From NCBI GenBank assembly GCA_000165345.1, contig CM000435.1:416001-480000 (forward strand): a stretch of DNA of 64,000 bases, in the 5' to 3' direction. This document shows positions 44,101 through 51,082 of this stretch, piece after piece (positions within the stretch are counted from its first letter, which is position 1; each line of letters starts with the position of its first letter). The notes below the pieces were generated by a model. The model did not search any database. It was not told the DNA's origin and saw only the letters and a list, made by a program, of their open reading frames with translations. The position numbers and the translations under genes were made by a program.

Positions 44101-45290
44101 TCAATGGATAATATTTCCTGGCAAAAATGGTTTTCTGGGTTATATTTAGTTCCAGCAGGACATTCCCATTCTCCTTTTACTTTTTGTAAACACAAATCCT
44201 TAGATCTGAAAGAATTAGCAGGACATTCCTTTTCTAAGGTAATTTCTGAAATACAAAGCTTATTAGATTCATCAAAGTATGAATATTTATTTGGACAAGA
44301 TATTTCTGGTTCAACTGACAAAGTGTTTAAACAAACTTTGCTACCATTATGAATAGTTTGCTCATATCCCTCTGGACAATGAAACAAAGGTTCTTGGTAA
44401 TTTACGCATTGATCTTCAACTTCAACAAATCCTATGGGACAAACTCTATTATTAATTCTGGACATTGAAATACAAGTCTGACCCTCTAAAAAGGACCCAG
44501 GAGGGCACTCTAATGTAGGATTTGAATAGTTAATATACCTACAAAGAGATTGATGTCTAACATTCTCAAGCTGAGTCCCTTTTGGACAAATATATTCTGG
44601 TTGAATCCATGTAGCACATTTATCTTCATCAATATCCTTAAATCCTTCGGGACAAATCTTTGGCTCAATCTGATCTTGAATACACATCTTTAAAGAAGCA
44701 TCAAAAACAAAAGGTTCCGGACAAACTACAGTTGGAAGAGCTGCCTTTCTTTCAATACATAAATTTGTGTTAGAGTCAAATTTGTATGGTTCTTGACAAA
44801 TTTTCATCGGCTCTCTAGCCATCGCACAGGTGTCTCTAAAATTAATGCTCCCTGGAGGACAAATTGCCTTAACTTCCTCTTTGTAGTAACATTTACCTGT
44901 ATTATAATCCATTTCTAAGCCATCAAGACAATATTTTTCCTTTTCAGCAAAGACTTCTTTAACGCATTGTTTGTCTTGCATTTGAAAACCTGTAGGACAT
45001 TCCTTAAGGAGAGGCTCAGCCAAATAGCACTCTGATCCTTTGGATACAAATCCTTCTGGACAAACTGGAATCTTTTGTGTCTCAATTTGATGAACACAAA
45101 TTCCATTTACTAGTGCAAAATTACCTGGGCAGGTCTCCACAGGTACTCTCACATACTGAGAGTTAGTTGGAATACTAAAAAAAAGAAGAACTGAGGTCAA
45201 ACAAATTCTTGCAATTCCTGATAAACTAATCAAAATCATTTTTAGATCTCCGGTTTTATGTACCGGTATCTTCATGCTTTGTTTCCTCAT
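41154..45290 (-). CDS. Cysteine-rich secreted repeat protein of the oocyst-wall-protein (COWP) type; about 1378 aa, with more than 30 tandem Cys-bracketed modules.
   Basis: N-terminal hydrophobic signal (MILISLSGIARICLTSVLLFFSIPTNS). The whole body is built from about 35-45 aa units of the form C-P-x-G-[FY]...C...C (CPEGFVSKGSEC, CPTGFQMQDKQC, CPPGSINFRDTC, CPIGFVEVEDQC, CPEGYEQT..., CPPGFLDNGDEC...), as in COWP type I/II repeats. Cys spacing is highly regular. Confidence 0.6.
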   Translation of the reverse strand: MRKQSMKIPVHKTGDLKMILISLSGIARICLTSVLLFFSIPTNSQYVRVPVETCPGNFALVNGICVHQIETQKIPVCPEGFVSKGSECYLAEPLLKECPTGFQMQDKQCVKEVFAEKEKYCLDGLEMDYNTGKCYYKEEVKAICPPGSINFRDTCAMAREPMKICQEPYKFDSNTNLCIERKAALPTVVCPEPFVFDASLKMCIQDQIEPKICPEGFKDIDEDKCATWIQPEYICPKGTQLENVRHQSLCRYINYSNPTLECPPGSFLEGQTCISMSRINNRVCPIGFVEVEDQCVNYQEPLFHCPEGYEQTIHNGSKVCLNTLSVEPEISCPNKYSYFDESNKLCISEITLEKECPANSFRSKDLCLQKVKGEWECPAGTKYNPENHFCQEILSIEPNIICPPNSKFEQSTSTCVGYERNIQVCPPGYEEIGENECASFVSPRRTCPNLQSLVNGQCEEVILSPAETVCPSGSELSDSVCILTSENTSKRKCPLNSLDSGGYCSVIESPEKQCIEGYKYNPETQKCTKITTRSPDLVCQEPSTLNSLGECIYTEVIPKICPEGSREDSTNENFCIIETRAKSNCPEGYSLIENKCIKEKRAEGELNCPVGYEINELDMSCHKTIQRSKICPPGFLDNGDECFKTSKPSSFCPEGFGREGKYGDCVQINISDSKPQCPEGTIGLDSGMCGGRKPLPLEYKCLKGTKIGDSCLVESFIDVSYECPKGYYLSEIKQCQKLVEYDCSEVSIVPVPCGSGVNTINTSNLGFYGQRNSGICSQAIRNHKTCTRTEAFPPKISCPQGSINIGKECMKKEHLPMTRICSDHTKTLETCFEEFMIPKVNICPPGSSMTEDNKCASIVRKAPELICEEGYIMEEGNCIQVTTKICPPEGCTLRNIIDSIRICPPGFVFEDGVCIFKHEVFPEKTCERGELSSANQQICIERIVKICSYSNCEIIHKEPPEFKCDENETLNSKTKLCEKINIGPQILKCIKPFKLVGDQCVHQVSKECSGGNCSVTISIPPRITCKQGTLISRNQCESIKRSPSILTCPKDFTIQDDLCAKYVYKECLNNQCEKKVHFPPIIECPNQYSLFPGGNCSKRVHHLPQLKCPLGTNLMNSYCIREVESICPRGGCLAQETFPPVLSCPSGFQKNSQNLNYGGPICTKKLFNNGQISCPKGSIISNGSCLTYSVKECQNNNCEELKTITPNKVCPNGTELVNGNTCKESEIVPKDMICPSEGYILSGDKCVLYKDKICQHKDCKTQKVVEPEVSCPNGYKLDQAICVWEKYHSTVNSCPRDSMMVNGQCFSMLKKECPNDTCENKIYLDPISRCPKGFVEAGNKCIMIEYSGHKRICPPGLILKKNHCLRFAQAKFRCPIVS

Positions 45291-45528
45291 CCTTATGAGG
45301 CTGGCTTTCCTTCTATTTTATTCAGTAACAGAAAAACCTACTCGCAAGACAAGTAAACTCTAATCACGCCTCTACACCTATCTCTAAATCATCTTATTAC
45401 TCGCATTTTCATAGTTATAACTTTTTCACATTCTCTATTTTACGATTTTGACACGAGGGTAATTTTGGCGGGAAATGTGCAAGATAGCAAAGACTTTGGT
45501 AAATTTAACGAGTGTGGGACATTAAAAG

Positions 45529-47601
45529 TTGATATTCAGGATAAGAGAAATATACGGGATGATTCTGTTCGGGATTTTGTTTTGTTTTTTTGTTACGATA
45601 TTCTTTTCAATTTCCTCATTATTCTTTTTGTTATGTTTGGTTATTCGTAGAATTTATATGAGGAGATTAAATAATTATGCGACAACAAGGAATATTGCCG
45701 TTTTAGTTATTGGAGATATAGGTAGGAGTCCAAGGATGCAAAACCATGCTTTGTGTATTTCCAAGAGATTTTGCTCCAAGTTAGATTCTTTGGGGAAAAC
45801 TGGAAAGCTAGTAAATAGAAAGGGGAATAAAGATATTAACCAGAAGCTGGACGACAAAATCAATAATAACCACGTTTATTTGGTTGGATATAATGAAACT
45901 ATTTGTAGTTCAGCTGTGACTGGAGACAAAAATATTACTTTACAAGGTATTGAGAAAACTTTTGTGGAACAATACAGAAAGGTTCTCCCATTGTGGGCTT
46001 TTCTATTCATGAAAGTAGTTGAACAGTCATTGAGGATTTTCATAACAATCATGAAAATTCCAAACCTCTCTGGGATAGTATTACAAGCTCCTCCATCTAT
46101 ACCGGCAATTCCTATTGCTTTGTTAGTTTCTTATATTAAAGGAGCTCATTTAATAATTGACTGGCATAATTATGGTCATACTTTGTTAATAGCCGATAAA
46201 AGAGAGAATAGTCAATTCTCTTTGATCAGGAGAATATACCAACAAATTTTGGTTAATAGTTACAAAATATTAGAGTTCTCGTTAGGAAGACTTTCACATT
46301 CTTCATTTTGTGTTTCTAAAGCCATGCAGGAAGACTTAGCAAAAAGGGGAATTCAAGCAACAGTGGTATATGATAGGCCTAATGATGACTTTAAACCTTT
46401 GGATTCTATCTCAAAGAGACATTCTGTCTTGTTTAAATACTTTGGCAGTTTAGAGAATGAGATTTGTTCTGAGAATTCTAGTTTAGGAGATCAATGCACT
46501 CAAAATACCTTCAATAGAAAGGCTCAAGGAGAAAATAAAAGTAAAACGAAATCCAGAGAAGAGAAAAAATCTGCTCAAAATAACAAGAAAAATAACACAA
46601 AGACAAAAGACGCTTTATTATACGATGAATCTTTGACAAATGTCAAGGATTTGGAATCTGTATCTTTAAATAAATCAGTCTTAGATATGCATCAAATTAG
46701 TGAGAGCATTAATACAAATCTCACAGAACAAGGAAAAGGTTCTGCTAGGACCTCTTTGTTTTCTAAGTCTTTAATAGAGGAAGAATTCTTCTTTGAAATA
46801 GATTCAAGAATCTTGGATGAAATCTCTTCCAACTTCAAAAGTCAGGACTTGAAGGAACTATTAACAAGAGATGATTTATTTTTTGATAATCATATTTTCG
46901 AGACTTCACCTGTAACTGATTTAGGAATTTCTTGCGATCAAATTGATAATAAGATTTCATTAAAGATACAACTCAAGAAGAACAGGCCAGCAGTTTTGAT
47001 AACTTCCACTAGTTGGACTCCTGATGAAGATCTTAACTTATTACTTGAAGGCCTTGTGGAATATGATAAACTTGTTTCAAAACAATTAGGAAACGATAAC
47101 TTATCTAAGAAGCTTCCTGACATATTTCTTATCATTACAGGTAAAGGCCCAAACAAGAATTCATGGTTAGAAAAAGCTTCAAAAACTAAGATGAAACATG
47201 TGAGTATTAGAACAGTCTTTGTTGAAGCTGACGACTATCCAAAGCTGCTAGCTTGTTCAGACTTGGGAATTTCTATGCATTACTCTTCTAGCGGGTTGGA
47301 TCTCCCAATGAAAGTAGTTGATATGCTTGGAGCAGGAATTCCGATAATTTCATTCTCATATCCAACTATTAACGAGCTTTTAAAGAGTGAGAAACTTGAG
47401 TTGTTATTTTCAAACCCTCAAGAGCTTTGTTCTAGAATTACTACTTTACTTGAGGGTTTCAATTCAAGTCTTGAAAAAGAAGCTCTGCCTTCTCCAAATT
47501 TGAACAAGATCCTCAAGTCTAACAACTCAAAGAAAAGAGAAACTTTCTATCAGGAATGGAACAATTCGGCTGTCTATCATTTCGATGAAATGGTAATTTA
47601 A
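45529..47601 (+). CDS. ALG1: ALG1 chitobiosyldiphosphodolichol beta-1,4-mannosyltransferase (GT33), with a large low-complexity insertion.
   Basis: N-terminal TM, then the ALG1 signature IAVLVIGDIGRSPRMQNHALCIS, LQAPPSIPAIPIALLVS, HLIIDWHNYGHTLL, and C-terminal LPMKVVDMLGAGIPIISFSYPTINELLK. An Asn/Lys/Ser-rich insert of about 180 aa (roughly 46450-46980) splits the two Rossmann halves. An alternative start exists at 45559. Confidence 0.75.
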   Translation: MIFRIREIYGMILFGILFCFFVTIFFSISSLFFLLCLVIRRIYMRRLNNYATTRNIAVLVIGDIGRSPRMQNHALCISKRFCSKLDSLGKTGKLVNRKGNKDINQKLDDKINNNHVYLVGYNETICSSAVTGDKNITLQGIEKTFVEQYRKVLPLWAFLFMKVVEQSLRIFITIMKIPNLSGIVLQAPPSIPAIPIALLVSYIKGAHLIIDWHNYGHTLLIADKRENSQFSLIRRIYQQILVNSYKILEFSLGRLSHSSFCVSKAMQEDLAKRGIQATVVYDRPNDDFKPLDSISKRHSVLFKYFGSLENEICSENSSLGDQCTQNTFNRKAQGENKSKTKSREEKKSAQNNKKNNTKTKDALLYDESLTNVKDLESVSLNKSVLDMHQISESINTNLTEQGKGSARTSLFSKSLIEEEFFFEIDSRILDEISSNFKSQDLKELLTRDDLFFDNHIFETSPVTDLGISCDQIDNKISLKIQLKKNRPAVLITSTSWTPDEDLNLLLEGLVEYDKLVSKQLGNDNLSKKLPDIFLIITGKGPNKNSWLEKASKTKMKHVSIRTVFVEADDYPKLLACSDLGISMHYSSSGLDLPMKVVDMLGAGIPIISFSYPTINELLKSEKLELLFSNPQELCSRITTLLEGFNSSLEKEALPSPNLNKILKSNNSKKRETFYQEWNNSAVYHFDEMVI

Positions 47602-47775
47602 CCTAACCTTAAAAAAGATCTAATTAATGAAAATTTCTGCTTCATTTTGGAAGAATTTGAAAGTCCAGTTAAAATAATAATAAATATGTATTTTTACGAC
47701 AATTAAGAAGTATTATAATAAAGTAATTAGTGCTATAATTAATTAACTAGGTACTTAGGATCAAAAATTACGATT

Positions 47776-48396
47776 TTATTCCTTATACTCGTTCTCTTGA
47801 TCCTCTTCCTCGTCATCATCATCAAAGAATTCTTCCTGTAATCTCTCTTTTAGCTCCAAATATATCTCATTAGTTGCGTCTCCTCTTAGAATATCCTTGA
47901 CAAAGTAGCATACAACTTGCATTTGAAGTTGTTCAAGGGCTCCTCTAATCACTCCACATACCATATTACTATAATTCAATGAAGATGAATAGCAAGGAGG
48001 AAGTTCCACAAAGTCAGCCAAGGGATTTTCATTGAATACTAGAACGCATGAAGTTTCTTCCGGATTCCAATCCTTGGTTTCAGCAGTAATTCCAAGAAAC
48101 ATCTTAAAACCAACACAAGCTATAACCTCTGCTGTATCTCTAAAACTATCACATTTTGAAATACCGGATTTGGCAAGGAATTCATCCACAAGACGAATAC
48201 CAATATTATATCCAATCTTCTCAAGCTTTGAATTAATTAGTTCAGCATTATCAAGATCTTTAACAAATTGAGCAACTAAACTTCCATACATAAGAGAGAA
48301 AACTTCCCCATTAATCTTTTCAGTTTTTTGAAAGGCGAGTTCTCCCATTCTAAGATATTCAGAACGTTTTTTGTACTGATTTGAAGAATTTGACAT
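47776..48396 (-). CDS. TRAPPC3: TRAPP complex subunit Bet3/TRAPPC3.
   Basis: EVFSLMYGSLVAQFVKDLDNAE..NSKLEKIGYNIGIRLVDEFLAKSGISKCDSFRDTAEVIACVGFKMFLGITAE...NPLADFVELP...YSNMVCGVIRGALEQLQMQV is collinear with human TRAPPC3 (ELFTLTYGALVTQLCKDYEND...MGFNIGVRLIEDFLARS...CHDFRETADVIAKVAFKMYLGIT...NPLVDFVELP...YSNLLCGVLRGALEMVQMAV). It has an acidic tail. Confidence 0.8.
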   Translation of the reverse strand: MSNSSNQYKKRSEYLRMGELAFQKTEKINGEVFSLMYGSLVAQFVKDLDNAELINSKLEKIGYNIGIRLVDEFLAKSGISKCDSFRDTAEVIACVGFKMFLGITAETKDWNPEETSCVLVFNENPLADFVELPPCYSSSLNYSNMVCGVIRGALEQLQMQVVCYFVKDILRGDATNEIYLELKERLQEEFFDDDDEEEDQENEYKE

Positions 48397-48804
48397 TTCC
48401 TGGAATTAAAAGAAACTATATTTGAGAGTTAATCAGAGTCAAATTAGGCGCAAAACCAAGGTAAAGTAAAAAAAGGACATTATCAGCAATAATTTGAGAA
48501 AAAATAAAAAAGACCTAAAATTCAGAAATTTCTAGACAACTAGGATTAAAAAAGGGATATATTTCTGATTCCTTTTATGAAAAAAATATTGTAAAACTTT
48601 TAGTAGGAAAGAAATATAATAAACTTAGTTATACAACATTTCCGTCCTACCTCCAAATCAAGAGAATTAAAGTATTGAGTCGAAATAATAAGAAGTCAAC
48701 AAAATATAATAAACAGGGAATGCAATTTCGACCTTCTGTTTAATTAATATCTATTAGATGCGAGCGATTAAAAATTTCAATGATTAAAATGAGGGGTACA
48801 TAAG

Positions 48805-48817
48805 TTTGGGCGCCAAA
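48805..48817. promoter_or_regulatory. Canonical palindromic E2F-type site TTTGGGCGCCAAA immediately upstream of the UDP-sugar pyrophosphorylase gene.
   Basis: It fits the TTTSSCGC/GCGSSAAA E2F consensus on both strands. Similar boxes lie at 28132-28143 (TTTGGCGCCAAG, about 45 bp 5' of SLU7) and 6203-6212 (TTTAGGCGCC, about 105 bp 5' of exportin-7). Confidence 0.35.
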
Positions 48818-48935
48818 TACTGTGGGTACTTTTTTGTTTTTAGGTATCTTCAACATTGCAAAAATGTTCCGTAATAAATCGTTTTTGAAATTCTGTTTCT
48901 TATATATTTTATATTTTTTCACCTTTTATTTTTCG

Positions 48936-50828
48936 ATGGTTGTTACAATATCTTTAAGAAGTCCAAGCAACTCAGGAAAGAAATTGGACTTGGAAAGTTT
49001 AAAGGAAAGTCTTGTTAAGGGTGGTCAGGACCACATTTTAAATTTGTTGGAGTCTGGCGATTCTGATAATGTAAATAGACTAATTTCTCAGTTAATGACT
49101 TTGGAAACTTCGTGTGTGGGTGGTGGGTTACTTGGATATATTAACAGAGCTAAGAAGTTATTGAAAGACTCAAAGGACGGTGTTAATCCAAGAGAAGGGT
49201 GTTATCCTGAGGTTCCAGAGGTAGTTAACTTAGATGTTGGTACTGAAGACTTTAAAAAATATGAGGAGCACGGCTTTTCTGTCCTAAAAAATGTTGCCTT
49301 TGTTTTGGTAGCTGGCGGTTTGGGTGAAAGACTTGCATTTGAGGGAATAAAAATAGGAATCGAGCTGTCAATGGCTTCCAACATCACATTTTTCCAGTTA
49401 TACACAAACTATATCAGGGAGTATCAGAGAAGGTTGAAGGAGGCTTTCGGAGAAGATATTGTAATTCCTTTGCTTATCATGACATCTGATGATACTGACA
49501 GTATGACTAGAAAGTTTTTGGAAGAAAATGATCATTTTGGCTTGAGAGAGGACCAGGTGTATATAGTAAAACAACTCAAGGTCCCTGCTTTGATAGATTC
49601 TGATGCAAAGATTGCATTGGATCCTGAAGACAAATACTCAATCTTAACAAAGCCTCATGGCCACGGAGATATTCACACTTTGCTCCATGCTTCAGGACTT
49701 TTGAAGGATCTTTTTGAGAAAGGAGTAAGATTTTTGGTTTTCATCCAAGATACAAATGCTTTAGTTTTTAATTCAGTACTTCCAGTATTGGGAGTTACAT
49801 CAATGAATTCATTCGTGATGAATAGTTTGACAATTCCCCGTATTCCATGCGAGGCAGTTGGCGCTTTGTGTAAGCTCAGATATCCAGATGGAAAGAAAAT
49901 TACTATTAATACAGAATATAACCAGCTCACTCCTTTACTCAAGAGCTGCGGTTTAGGATCAGATTTTGCTGATGAAAAGACAGGATACTCTCCTTTCCCT
50001 GGAAATTCGAACGTCTTGTTCATTTCAATGGATTACTATATGAAGACCTTGGAAAAGACTGGGGGAGTTGTACCTGAATTTGTGAACCCTAAGTATTTGG
50101 ACTCAACTAAAACAGCATTCAAAAGCCCAACTCGTTTAGAATGTATGATGCAAGATATTCCACTCTTATTTGAGGCTGATTACAAGGTTGGATGCGTGCA
50201 AATGCAGAGATGGGCTACATTCTCTGCTTGCAAGAATAGCTTGGCCGAGGGAAGAGCAAAACATAGTGCAGGAGTCTCCATAGATACCGCCTCTATAACA
50301 GAAGGCGACTTCTATGCAGCTGCCTCACAATATTTGAGATTGGCATCAATTGAAAAGGGTGTAGTTTGTAGAATTGAGGAGAGTGGAAGGGATCCAGTCA
50401 CTGGAAAGGATGATAAGAACTCTCTAATCAAACACGAAATGATCGCCGGAATTCCAGTCAGAGTTGGAGCAATGGTTGTTTTGCACCCTTCATTCGCAAT
50501 TAAGTATTCTGATCTTCTCCAAAGGATTCAGGCTGGTCCTATTATTATTACAAGTAGATCCTATGTGCATTTAGAAGGAGATGTGGTGATCAGTGGAAAA
50601 TTCTTTGTAGACGGTTCAGTTAGAATTGTGGCAAAGAACGGCTCAAGGATTATTATTAAGAATCTCATTGTTAACAATAATGGAACCACTAGATATCATA
50701 TTTCTGAGCAGGATATGGGACATGCAACCAGCAATCAAAAAATCAGAGGATATGGAATTAGACACGAGCAAATAAGGGAAATTATCTCGGATAACGGAGA
50801 AGAAGTTATTATCGACGATCAAAACTGA
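48936..50828 (+). CDS. USP: UDP-sugar pyrophosphorylase (UTP:monosaccharide-1-phosphate uridylyltransferase, USP type).
   Basis: NVAFVLVAGGLGERLAFEGIKIGIELS (the USP form of the NTP-transferase G-loop), KPHGHGDIHTLLHASGLL, and a beta-helix C-terminus. The ORF track starts at 48822 with a hydrophobic junk-like leader (MGTFLFLGIFNIAK...); the third ATG (MVVTISLRSPSNSGKK, 48936) sits just upstream of the conserved N-terminal block. The canonical E2F box at 48805-48817 lies immediately 5'. Confidence 0.75.
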   Translation: MVVTISLRSPSNSGKKLDLESLKESLVKGGQDHILNLLESGDSDNVNRLISQLMTLETSCVGGGLLGYINRAKKLLKDSKDGVNPREGCYPEVPEVVNLDVGTEDFKKYEEHGFSVLKNVAFVLVAGGLGERLAFEGIKIGIELSMASNITFFQLYTNYIREYQRRLKEAFGEDIVIPLLIMTSDDTDSMTRKFLEENDHFGLREDQVYIVKQLKVPALIDSDAKIALDPEDKYSILTKPHGHGDIHTLLHASGLLKDLFEKGVRFLVFIQDTNALVFNSVLPVLGVTSMNSFVMNSLTIPRIPCEAVGALCKLRYPDGKKITINTEYNQLTPLLKSCGLGSDFADEKTGYSPFPGNSNVLFISMDYYMKTLEKTGGVVPEFVNPKYLDSTKTAFKSPTRLECMMQDIPLLFEADYKVGCVQMQRWATFSACKNSLAEGRAKHSAGVSIDTASITEGDFYAAASQYLRLASIEKGVVCRIEESGRDPVTGKDDKNSLIKHEMIAGIPVRVGAMVVLHPSFAIKYSDLLQRIQAGPIIITSRSYVHLEGDVVISGKFFVDGSVRIVAKNGSRIIIKNLIVNNNGTTRYHISEQDMGHATSNQKIRGYGIRHEQIREIISDNGEEVIIDDQN

Positions 50829-50961
50829 ATAAATTTAATCTCACGCATATTTTTAGTACTTTTTTTAAAATTATTATTAGTTTTGTTTAATTTTTAATGT
50901 AAATTAAGACATTTTTGCATGCAAAATTCCCCCCTCATAATATAATTTTTACCCTTCAAGT

Positions 50962-50982
50962 GCCCGCCCATTTTTGGCGGGC
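50962..50982. promoter_or_regulatory. Perfect inverted-repeat E2F-type GC box GCCCGCC-cattttt-GGCGGGC, about 100 bp upstream of the CBM20-CDPK ATG.
   Basis: 7-bp arms that are exact reverse complements, separated by a 7-nt T-rich spacer. It is the only GC-dense spot in an AT-rich intergenic region; TGCATGCA lies 40 bp upstream (50916-50923). Confidence 0.4.
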
Positions 50983-51082
50983 AAACACATTAATGCAGAT
51001 TTATCCATGGAAACGTATTTCTTAGGAAAAAAGTAAATTTGTCAGGAATAAAGTACAAGTCATGTAAAAAACCCAAAAAAGC

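Noticed and set aside
48822-48935. Hydrophobic leader MGTFLFLGIFNIAK... at the start of the UDP-sugar pyrophosphorylase ORF.
   Set aside because: It looks like translated AT-rich 5' UTR (F/L/Y-rich) just downstream of a GC box. USP enzymes are cytosolic, so the internal ATG at 48936 is preferred. A signal-anchored isoform cannot be fully excluded.
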